DNA from: Akkermansiaceae bacterium
Lineage (GTDB): Bacteria > Verrucomicrobiota > Verrucomicrobiia > Verrucomicrobiales > Akkermansiaceae
NCBI GenBank assembly: GCA_017798145.1
Contig: CP059069.1
Coordinates: 519,226 to 543,225 of the forward strand
DNA: 24,000 bases
Reading direction: 5' to 3'
Shown in pieces: positions 16,736 to 23,386 of this stretch; position 1 is the stretch's first letter; every line of letters starts with the position of its first letter. Below the pieces are notes generated by a model that saw only the letters and a list, made by a program, of their open reading frames with translations, ran no database searches and was not told the DNA's origin. Made by a program: the position numbers and the translations under genes.

Positions 16736-16768
16736 CTGCCAGGGAGAGTTCCATCCTCTCTCTGGCAG
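16736..16768 (+). terminator. strong hairpin after the AAA+ gene (probable terminator, weak U-tract)
   Basis: CTGCCAGGGAGAG pairs with CTCTCTCTGGCAG (13 bp including one G-U, 7-nt loop). The tail is CATGCCTTTCCC. Confidence 0.45.
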
Positions 16769-17004
16769 CATGCCTTTCCCTCTCAAAACTCCCGCACCCA
16801 ACCCTTCCTAACTCCCCGCCACCCATCCCTCAAGAGCGCTCGGCAGCGCGGCTTACAAAGCCGTGATCCTCACCTCCCACCTCACTCGATACCTCCAGCG
16901 GTAGTCTGAACACAAGCGCCGTTGAACGAAACAGCTGGGGTGCACCCGAAAGGCCGCCCCAAGTCGCTTGTGCGGGGAAAGAAAAACGGTAAAAGAGCAA
17001 AAGG

Positions 17005-18027
17005 TTAAAGGGTAAAACGACGCCTTCTGGTCAGCAACGCGCTAGCTGACAATACCGTCAAAAGTAATGCCGACGGCTCGGGGACACTGGCGACGCGGAA
17101 CCCCACGTAGTCGAGCTCGTTCGGGGGCGTGTTGACGTTGCTTTTGGACGCGGGCAGGGAGTCGGAGTTGTTGGCCCACGAACCGCCCCGCATCCCGCGC
17201 GTCGAACCAAAGACCACCGCATCGTTCCATTCAAACACGTTCCCCGCTTGGTCGTTCGTTCCATACGCGCTCTCCGAATTCGGGCCATACGCACCGACAT
17301 CCGTCAGATAGTTCTGGCTGCTGCTGTAGCTACCGCTCTGCGTCACCGCAAAATCCGTGCTATCGAAGTAATTCGCCGCGCCTGCCGCGCCGACGGTGTT
17401 GCTGTTGATCGTATTGCTCTGCGTAGCCTGCGCCCAGTAGCCGCCCACTCCGGGACCGCCCTTGTTCGGATCATAATACGCCGCCTTATACCACTCGTTT
17501 TCCGAAGGGAGCCACACCGTGGCTCCCACGTTCTTCGAGGACCCCACGCCGCTGGTCGCGCCGTTGAGCGTGTAGGCTCCGTCTTCCGTGGTGGATGCGT
17601 TCTGCGCTCCCGTCGTCTGGCCGTTGTGCAGCCAGTTGGTGAAACGCGCCGCATCGAACCAGCTCACGTAGGTGATGGGGCGGTTCCCGCTGCCGAGCAC
17701 GGTGTAGGAATAATCTCCCGATGTGCCGATGCGCTGGATGCCCGAAATGTTCGCGTTCGTCTGCATGGAAGTGTTGTAAAGCGCGTAGGTGTCCGTTTTG
17801 GCCACGGCGTTGAGGAACGCGGCATACTGCGAGATGGTCGTCTCGTTCTTCGAAATCTTGTATTCATAGCCAACCGCGCCGTAAAGACCGCCGGTCGCCG
17901 CGTCGTTCGCGTTGTTGATGTCACCGACGGTGACGTAGTCTATGCTGACAACGGCGAAGGCCGGAGTTCCAAGGGCGATGCCAGCCAGAACGGCGAGCCT
18001 GCGGGAGGGAATAATAGGGAGTTTCAT
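17005..18027 (-). CDS. FGE/SUMF1-domain (formylglycine-generating-enzyme fold) protein with signal peptide and PEP-CTERM anchor
   Basis: The signal peptide is MKLPIIPSRRLAVLAGIALGTPAFA. FGE-fold motifs include RPITYVSWFDAARFTNWL, VFEWNDA, RGGSW and GFRVA. The C-terminal VPEPSALLLTVLSASALLTRRRR is a PEP-CTERM sorting signal. Confidence 0.85.
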   Translation of the reverse strand: MKLPIIPSRRLAVLAGIALGTPAFAVVSIDYVTVGDINNANDAATGGLYGAVGYEYKISKNETTISQYAAFLNAVAKTDTYALYNTSMQTNANISGIQRIGTSGDYSYTVLGSGNRPITYVSWFDAARFTNWLHNGQTTGAQNASTTEDGAYTLNGATSGVGSSKNVGATVWLPSENEWYKAAYYDPNKGGPGVGGYWAQATQSNTINSNTVGAAGAANYFDSTDFAVTQSGSYSSSQNYLTDVGAYGPNSESAYGTNDQAGNVFEWNDAVVFGSTRGMRGGSWANNSDSLPASKSNVNTPPNELDYVGFRVASVPEPSALLLTVLSASALLTRRRRFTL

Positions 18028-18204
18028 AAAGAAGGGCTACAAGTGACCCTCTAGAAAACAGAAAACGTGCCGGATCACAAGAGATTTAGAGGGGCGTTTT
18101 TGAGGCTGAAGGCCTGCCCACCGAAGACGGCACGATGCCCAATTTCCCCTGCATGACAGACCCGCCCCGCACGACGTGCACAAGCGCGGCGCGGGTCACG
18201 ACAA

Positions 18205-18256
18205 GGCCGCCACGGACTCCCTGGAGAAGGGAACCCGTGGCGGCCATTTCTTTTCC
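18205..18256 (+). promoter_or_regulatory. orphan terminator-like hairpin in the ligase leader
   Basis: GGCCGCCACGG (18205-18215) pairs perfectly with CCGTGGCGGCC (18235-18245), followed by ATTTCTTTTCC. There is no upstream + strand gene for it to terminate, because the neighbour is divergent. Confidence 0.5.
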
Positions 18257-18311
18257 AACCCCTCTCACCACGAGAACCAAACCAACAACCAACCCCAATC
18301 CATACCAAAAA

Positions 18312-19403
18312 ATGAACATCAGCATCACCAGCACGTCCCTCCATTTCCGCGAGGGCAACTCAGACAAGGAATACCACGTCGCCGTCGAGCCGGAGGGCGA
18401 GGGCTACATCGTCACCTACGCCTATGGCCGCAGGGGCTCAACCCTCACCACCGGTAGGAAGACCCAGCACATCGTCACGCTCACCGAAGCGAACAAAATC
18501 CACGACCAGCTCGTCCGCCAGAAGACCGCGAAAGGCTACCGCCCCGCCGGGGAGTCCCGCCAGCCCGACCGCACCAGCACAACCGACGGACAGGACAGCG
18601 GCATCCGCTGCCAGCTCCTCAACCCTGTTGACGAATCCGAACTCGACCGGCTCCTCGGCAGCGATGCCATCTGCCTCCAGGAAAAGTTCGACGGACGCCG
18701 CCTCATGGTTCGCAAACGCGGGGACGAGATCACCGGTATCAACCGCCGTGGACTCATCATCCCCATCCCGGAACCCATCCGCCACGCCTTGAAAGAACTC
18801 CCCGTGGATGTCCTCATCGACGGCGAGGCGGTCGGCGACACCCTCCACGCCTTCGACCTCCTTGAGGTGAAAGGCCACGACATCCGGGGCAACGCCTACC
18901 TGTCACGCTTCGCCGGGCTGCTCACCCTCCTCGATCCCGAACACAAGCACCTCCGCCCCGTGAACACCCACATGGAGGCTGAGGAGAAACGCGCCATGTT
19001 CGAGACCTTCCGCCGATGCGGCAGCGAGGGGGTCGTCTTTAAGGAGATCGACGCACCGTTCAGCCCCGGCCGCCCGAACTCCGGTGGTAGACACCTGAAG
19101 TTTAAGTTCGTCGAGAGCGCCTCGTTCATCGTCACCGGGCACAACGCCAAGCGCAGCGTCACCCTCGGCCTGCTCGCGGAGGACGGCGGAGGCATCGTCC
19201 CCGCAGGCAAGGTCACCATCCCACCGAACCACCGGATCCCGGCAGTCGGTGCCGTCGCGGATTGTCGCTTCCTCTACGCCTTCCGGGAAAGCGGCAGCAT
19301 CTACCAGCCTGTCTATCTTGGCGAACGGGAGGACATCCCCGCCGAGGACTGCACCACCGCTCAGCTGAAATACAAAGCCGAGCCAATGCAGGTAGCCGCC
19401 TGA
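18312..19403 (+). CDS. WGR-domain::ATP-dependent DNA ligase fusion
   Basis: The N-terminal WGR-like module is SDKEYHVAVEPEGEGYIVTYAYGRRGSTLTTGRK...KTAKGYRP. Ligase motif I is QEKFDGRR (K at nt 18684), III is VLIDGEAV, IIIa is LHAFDLLEV, IV is EGVVFKE and V is HLKFKF, followed by an OB-like tail. ATG 18312 is preceded by both leader words, so the track's upstream extension from 18135 is rejected. Confidence 0.85.
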   Translation: MNISITSTSLHFREGNSDKEYHVAVEPEGEGYIVTYAYGRRGSTLTTGRKTQHIVTLTEANKIHDQLVRQKTAKGYRPAGESRQPDRTSTTDGQDSGIRCQLLNPVDESELDRLLGSDAICLQEKFDGRRLMVRKRGDEITGINRRGLIIPIPEPIRHALKELPVDVLIDGEAVGDTLHAFDLLEVKGHDIRGNAYLSRFAGLLTLLDPEHKHLRPVNTHMEAEEKRAMFETFRRCGSEGVVFKEIDAPFSPGRPNSGGRHLKFKFVESASFIVTGHNAKRSVTLGLLAEDGGGIVPAGKVTIPPNHRIPAVGAVADCRFLYAFRESGSIYQPVYLGEREDIPAEDCTTAQLKYKAEPMQVAA

Positions 19404-19480
19404 TCCCAAACCTTCCGGCAAGGACCCACGAGGCAAGCCCGAGTCGCACGACATCATGTAGCGCGACCGGGGTAACACCG

Positions 19481-19531
19481 GCCGCCATGGAGAATCCTGA
19501 TGAAGGAAATGCTCCATGGCGGCTTCTTTTT
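19481..19531 (+). terminator. intrinsic terminator after the ligase gene
   Basis: GCCGCCATGGAG (19481-19492) pairs perfectly with CTCCATGGCGGC (19512-19523), followed by TTCTTTTT. Confidence 0.7.
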
Positions 19532-19609
19532 AGACCCGAGGTAGGCATGTGCCCTGCTTCTCGTATCAGTTCCATGAGGCGCTCACTACCAAAGGCGGCC
19601 CGGAAAGTA

Positions 19610-19644
19610 AGATTCTCGTCCGGTTATAATTATGGCAAGAATCT
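19610..19644. promoter_or_regulatory. 7-bp inverted repeat bracketing a TATAAT hexamer upstream of the sigma gene
   Basis: AGATTCT (19610-19616) and AGAATCT (19638-19644) flank TATAAT (19625-19630). I see no convincing -35 element. Confidence 0.3.
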
Positions 19645-19709
19645 CCAGCTTTGCTCAATGAATGATTGTGAATTGCGTGGTGCGCGGAAGTTTGCAAGCA
19701 TTCCTCCCG

Positions 19710-20453
19710 ATGTCCGATGACGAGTATTACTCCCCTACGCCTTCTTCGTCGAAAGGCCTTTTTCCGACGACACGGTGGACCATCGTCCGGAATCTTTCGG
19801 ATGGCGAACGGCGGATCAGATTTCCCGCTTGGGATGAGTTTGTCACCTCCTACCGCAAGCCGCTGGAATACTGGCTAGTCGCCCGCTGCCGGGATCCTCA
19901 CTTGTCGGAGGAATTGGTGCAGTCATTCCTGGCCAAGATGTCGAGCCATGAGCACGCTCTGAACTCGCTGGATCCATCCAAAGGGAGGCTCCGTTCCTGG
20001 TTGCTGGTCTGCCTCAAGCGCCATTGGCTGGATAACCTGCCGAAGTCTTTCGACGAACTGCCTGATGGATATGCGGATGCCGATGTGAAACCGGATGAGG
20101 ACTTCGACGGTGTGTGGGCAAGGAGCGTCGCGCAACGTGTCGTCCGGCAACTTCGGTCCGAGTATGCATCGCGTAAAAGAGTCGATCTTTTCGACGCACT
20201 GCTCGGCGTGATCGACGGGGCGGCGATTGAGGAACGCACCGCCCTCCATGTGCGTTTCGGAATGACGGCGAACACCTTCGACCAAGCCCTGGCACGCCTT
20301 CGCGAGCGCCTCGCGCTGCGCCTGAGGGAGGAAGTCGCCGCCACATTGGTTGACGGACAGGATAGCGATGTGGATGACGAACTTCGTCACCTGATCCTCG
20401 TCCTCGGCCGCAACGGAGGCTTTGCACCGGAGTCTGCTGGCGCGGAAACATGA
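19710..20453 (+). CDS. divergent ECF-type sigma-70 family factor (putative)
   Basis: The N-terminus, FPTTRWTIVRNL...AWDEFVTSYRKPLEYWLVARCRDPHLSEELVQSFLAKM, resembles the T-x-W-S/T-x-V opening and region 2 of planctomycete/verrucomicrobial ECF sigmas that pair with Ser/Thr kinases. An HTH-like TALHVRFGMTANTFDQALARLRERL lies near the C-terminus. A kinase gene lies directly downstream. Confidence 0.55.
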   Translation: MSDDEYYSPTPSSSKGLFPTTRWTIVRNLSDGERRIRFPAWDEFVTSYRKPLEYWLVARCRDPHLSEELVQSFLAKMSSHEHALNSLDPSKGRLRSWLLVCLKRHWLDNLPKSFDELPDGYADADVKPDEDFDGVWARSVAQRVVRQLRSEYASRKRVDLFDALLGVIDGAAIEERTALHVRFGMTANTFDQALARLRERLALRLREEVAATLVDGQDSDVDDELRHLILVLGRNGGFAPESAGAET

Positions 20454-20508
20454 ATAATCCCTGTCAGGTTTCTGCCGATTGAGCGTTCTTACCAGACAGG
20501 TCGCAACT

Positions 20509-21924
20509 ATGACCGGAGAACCCATACCAGAACTTTCAGAACAAACCCTCGCAGGATTCTTCCGCGAAGCTTTGCGTGCTGGTAACCGGGCACCTCGCCC
20601 CACGCCACCGGAATGGCTGCAGGACGACGACTTCCCCTACGTGGTCGGTCGTTTCGTCGGACGCGGCGGATCGGGTATGGTGTGGAAGGCCGAGGGGCGC
20701 GGGGGCGGCGGGACGGTCGCCCTGAAGCTGGTTTCTTTCCGTGGTGATCGCCGGATCAGGCTGCGCTGGGAGAACGAATGCGATGCGCTGTCCCGTGTTG
20801 ACCATCCGAACCTCGTGAAACTCATCGACTTCGGCCTGGCTCCCGATCTCGATGCCGGTTGGGTGACGCTGGAGTGGATCGAGGGCTCGGATCTCGCTAC
20901 CGTGCTCGGGGATAGAGGAAGCCTTCCCGTCGCGGAGGCAGTGGAATTTACCAAGCAGATCGTTGCGGCGCTTTCGGCACTCCATGGCGCGGGGCTATTG
21001 CACCGCGATATCAAGCCGGGGAACATCCTTTTTGAAGAATCCTCCAAACGCTGGGTTTTGGCGGATTTTGGCCTCGCTTATGACCTCGGTCAGGACGCCG
21101 AGGCAAGGGTCACCCGGACACTGGAAACGCCAGCCACACCCGGCTATGCCGCCCCCGAGAGGGATCAGCCAGGCGGACATTCCGATACCAGAGGCGATCA
21201 GTATTCGCTAGCCTTCACCATTTGGGAAATGCTCGCTGGCAGCCGCCCGGCGGGTTCGTTCCCCATGCTGCACACCCTATGCCGCTGTCCGGTGGGAGTG
21301 GATCATGTGCTCCGGAAAGCACTCTCAACCCATCCCAAAGATCGCTACAGTGATCTGCGTGGATTCGAGCGGGCATTCCTGAGAGCCGTCCGCCGTCCAC
21401 CTTGGATCAGACCGCTCCTTTTGGTCATCTCCTTGGCCGCTATAACGGCGATCCTGTATCTCGGACTTAGGCCCGAACCTTTCCCAAGGGAATTTCACAG
21501 CGGACCTCTCACCGTCACCGAAGGACGGGAGCACTACATGGAGATCGATCTGACTCTGGAGGAAAGCGGCGAATTTCTCGCCGTCGTCCACACAAGGAGC
21601 GGGGATCCGTTCTTCGGCTTCACCGGAAAAGCTCGCCTTATCTGGCGGGATGGTGATGGGAATGTCCTCAAAACGCAGGACAGCAATCCGCTTGGTGTGA
21701 ACGGCCGGTTCATCCCCGGCACACCCCATGAGCGCATTGATTATTGGAGCGACAGCCTCCCGCCGGAAATGGCTACCAAAGTCGAACGCGTCGATTTCCG
21801 CGCCAACCCCGGCGGAATCAGCAAGGAAGCCCGGGACAAGGCGAACATCGAAGGAGCCAAAAAGGATCTGCAAAAGGCGAAGGAAGGCTTGGGGAAAGCA
21901 TGGGAGAGTTTGAGGGCTGAGTGA
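20509..21924 (+). CDS. Hanks-type Ser/Thr protein kinase with one TM segment and an unknown extracytoplasmic domain
   Basis: It has GRGGSGMVWKA (G-loop), VALKLV, HRDIKPGNIL, DFGLA and GYAAPE, a TM segment PLLLVISLAAITAILYLGL, and about 150 aa outside the membrane. ATG 20509 is preferred over the track's TTG 20479. Confidence 0.9.
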   Translation: MTGEPIPELSEQTLAGFFREALRAGNRAPRPTPPEWLQDDDFPYVVGRFVGRGGSGMVWKAEGRGGGGTVALKLVSFRGDRRIRLRWENECDALSRVDHPNLVKLIDFGLAPDLDAGWVTLEWIEGSDLATVLGDRGSLPVAEAVEFTKQIVAALSALHGAGLLHRDIKPGNILFEESSKRWVLADFGLAYDLGQDAEARVTRTLETPATPGYAAPERDQPGGHSDTRGDQYSLAFTIWEMLAGSRPAGSFPMLHTLCRCPVGVDHVLRKALSTHPKDRYSDLRGFERAFLRAVRRPPWIRPLLLVISLAAITAILYLGLRPEPFPREFHSGPLTVTEGREHYMEIDLTLEESGEFLAVVHTRSGDPFFGFTGKARLIWRDGDGNVLKTQDSNPLGVNGRFIPGTPHERIDYWSDSLPPEMATKVERVDFRANPGGISKEARDKANIEGAKKDLQKAKEGLGKAWESLRAE

Positions 21925-22062
21925 ACATCCCAGTATCCCGTTGATTCGAAGTCTCGACGTTTTAGAGACTCTAGATTGCTCCGGAAATTTCAATGCAGAG
22001 ATATCGAGCAGAATTGGCTCTGCTGAATTTGGATGATCTTTTTTTAGACCTGCTGTCACGTT

Positions 22063-22098
22063 TTGGAATTTGGGTCGTTTCACCTGATGAAATTCCAA
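22063..22098. promoter_or_regulatory. 9-bp inverted repeat ending 1 nt before the start codon of the 148-aa gene
   Basis: TTGGAATTT (22063-22071) and AAATTCCAA (22090-22098) are separated by 18 nt. The ATG is at 22100. Confidence 0.3.
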
Positions 22099-22099
22099 A

Positions 22100-22546
22100 A
22101 TGAAAACACAAAAGATATCCATTGAACTGCCAGGGACTCCGAAGTTTGTGCCGCCTCTCATTGGTGGTGATGCCGAATTTAAGGGCCACGGGCCTGACGT
22201 TCATGTTTCAGCGCGGCTTCGCGTGCGGAATGGGAATGAGTTGTGGGCGACGATCACGATGCACGCCAAGGAAACGAAGAAAGACTACACGGAGGTCAGT
22301 GGTTCTGCCGACTATCTGATGTGGAAACAGGAGGGCGGAGCGATTCTCCGCATCGTCTCCGATTCGTTCTCCGAGTGCCGGTATAGAGACACGGATCATG
22401 ACGATGATGTTCTTGTAATGGGTGCGGGTGAGCTAGTCAGGGAGTTCCGTTGCGTCGGAGACACGAAGGGCAAGGAAGCAGGCTCCAGAACGGGCGTGAC
22501 CGTGACATTCAATCCAGTGGTGATCGATGTCGTATCGCCGGAGTGA
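22100..22546 (+). CDS. hypothetical protein (148 aa)
   Basis: It is the only sizeable ORF here and has protein-like composition (predicted beta-rich, acidic patch DTDHDDD). GC is lower than in flanking genes by eye. No family recognised. Confidence 0.55.
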   Translation: MKTQKISIELPGTPKFVPPLIGGDAEFKGHGPDVHVSARLRVRNGNELWATITMHAKETKKDYTEVSGSADYLMWKQEGGAILRIVSDSFSECRYRDTDHDDDVLVMGAGELVREFRCVGDTKGKEAGSRTGVTVTFNPVVIDVVSPE

Positions 22547-22567
22547 TTTTTTAAACCACATGGAATT

Positions 22568-23386
22568 ATGAGTAAGGATACGAGTAATCTAGCACAGGGC
22601 TACAATAACTTCGAGCACCATGAGATTGCGGAAAAAGCTTGGGCATTGGTGGTTAAGCGGGTGAGGTTCTTCTTGCTTCCCTCCGCGTTGATTCTTGCCT
22701 TTGCCGGATGGGGCACGTGGTCACTTCGGCAATCGACCGAGTCGATCAAGGGGATTGAGACTAACATCAAGAGCATCGAGGAAAACATTAAGAGTGCTGA
22801 AGAAGCGACAAGTGCTCAAGTCGTGCGAGTTAAGAAGCTGGCGGACGAGGCCGAAGCGCAAATGCCGGATGTTGCAGCTTTGAACGACGCCTCGGAAAGG
22901 CAGAAGAGTGAGTTTAACAGACTTCTGGACGCTCATAAGTCTTTAAATATGGCCTTGTTACAGCTCGCAGAGGTGTCGAACGATCCAGAGCTTCGAACTA
23001 GCCTCGAGGCTGCACAAGAGGCGATGGAGACCCTCCAGAAGGAGGTGAATCTATTTTTCTGCAAGCTCGGGAATGTGCACGAAGGCAAATCTGGCGACCT
23101 TTCGTGGACTGAAGAGCTTTTTGCAAGTGAGGGCGGATGGGACGATGTAGGGCCTCCGAAAGAAGGCGATATAATCCGTGCCAATACCGATGTCTATATT
23201 CGAGAGGGCTTTCCCGTCCGCCGGGACACGGGATTATATCTACGCCCTGTTAGAGGAGTCATCAAAGAGGGTAGCACCTTGGTCGTCCGATCCGTTAAGC
23301 CACATAAAGTCCGTGATGAGACTCATTATTGGATCTCATTTTCGCCCGACTCTCTAACCGAACCAGATCCGGAGACGCACGAATGA
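22568..23386 (+). CDS. membrane-anchored coiled-coil protein with a C-terminal SH3-like domain (272 aa)
   Basis: It has a TM segment FFLLPSALILAFAGWGTWSL, heptad-like IKGIETNIKSIEENIKSAEEA... and a C-terminal GDIIRANTDVYIREGFPV...GVIKEGSTLVVRSV...THYWISF (SH3b-like pattern). The stop overlaps the next ATG. Confidence 0.6.
   Translation: MSKDTSNLAQGYNNFEHHEIAEKAWALVVKRVRFFLLPSALILAFAGWGTWSLRQSTESIKGIETNIKSIEENIKSAEEATSAQVVRVKKLADEAEAQMPDVAALNDASERQKSEFNRLLDAHKSLNMALLQLAEVSNDPELRTSLEAAQEAMETLQKEVNLFFCKLGNVHEGKSGDLSWTEELFASEGGWDDVGPPKEGDIIRANTDVYIREGFPVRRDTGLYLRPVRGVIKEGSTLVVRSVKPHKVRDETHYWISFSPDSLTEPDPETHE

Noticed and set aside
16911-16975. Long-range 8-bp stem (CACAAGCG...CGCTTGTG) enclosing an imperfect inner hairpin, downstream of the minus-strand FGE gene
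   Set aside because: It is most simply the 3' terminator structure of the FGE/PEP-CTERM gene in a convergent intergenic region. Nothing suggests a riboswitch or other ncRNA class.
17005-17400. The FGE/C-type-lectin-fold C-terminus as a diversity-generating retroelement (DGR) variable region
   Set aside because: FGE-fold proteins are common DGR targets and this C-terminus is Asn/Ser/Gly/Tyr-rich. However, I found no template-repeat copy of this segment and no reverse transcriptase anywhere in the window. PEP-CTERM FGE-domain proteins are a common paralogous family in this kind of genome.
17248-18054. 268-aa + strand ORF
   Set aside because: It is antisense to the FGE/PEP-CTERM gene, which has a signal peptide, FGE motifs and a sorting signal. 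This frame is Arg/Val-rich and looks non-coding.
18135-18311. 59-codon upstream extension of the ligase ORF
   Set aside because: The extension is Pro/Thr/Arg-rich, runs through the leader hairpin and the CA-rich leader words, and precedes the natural WGR-domain start, MNISITSTSLHF.
19923-20603. 226-aa minus ORF; also 20536-20985 (-), 20637-21047 (-) and 21325-22161 (-)
   Set aside because: They are antisense to the sigma-like and Ser/Thr kinase genes. They have no motifs and shadow-frame composition.
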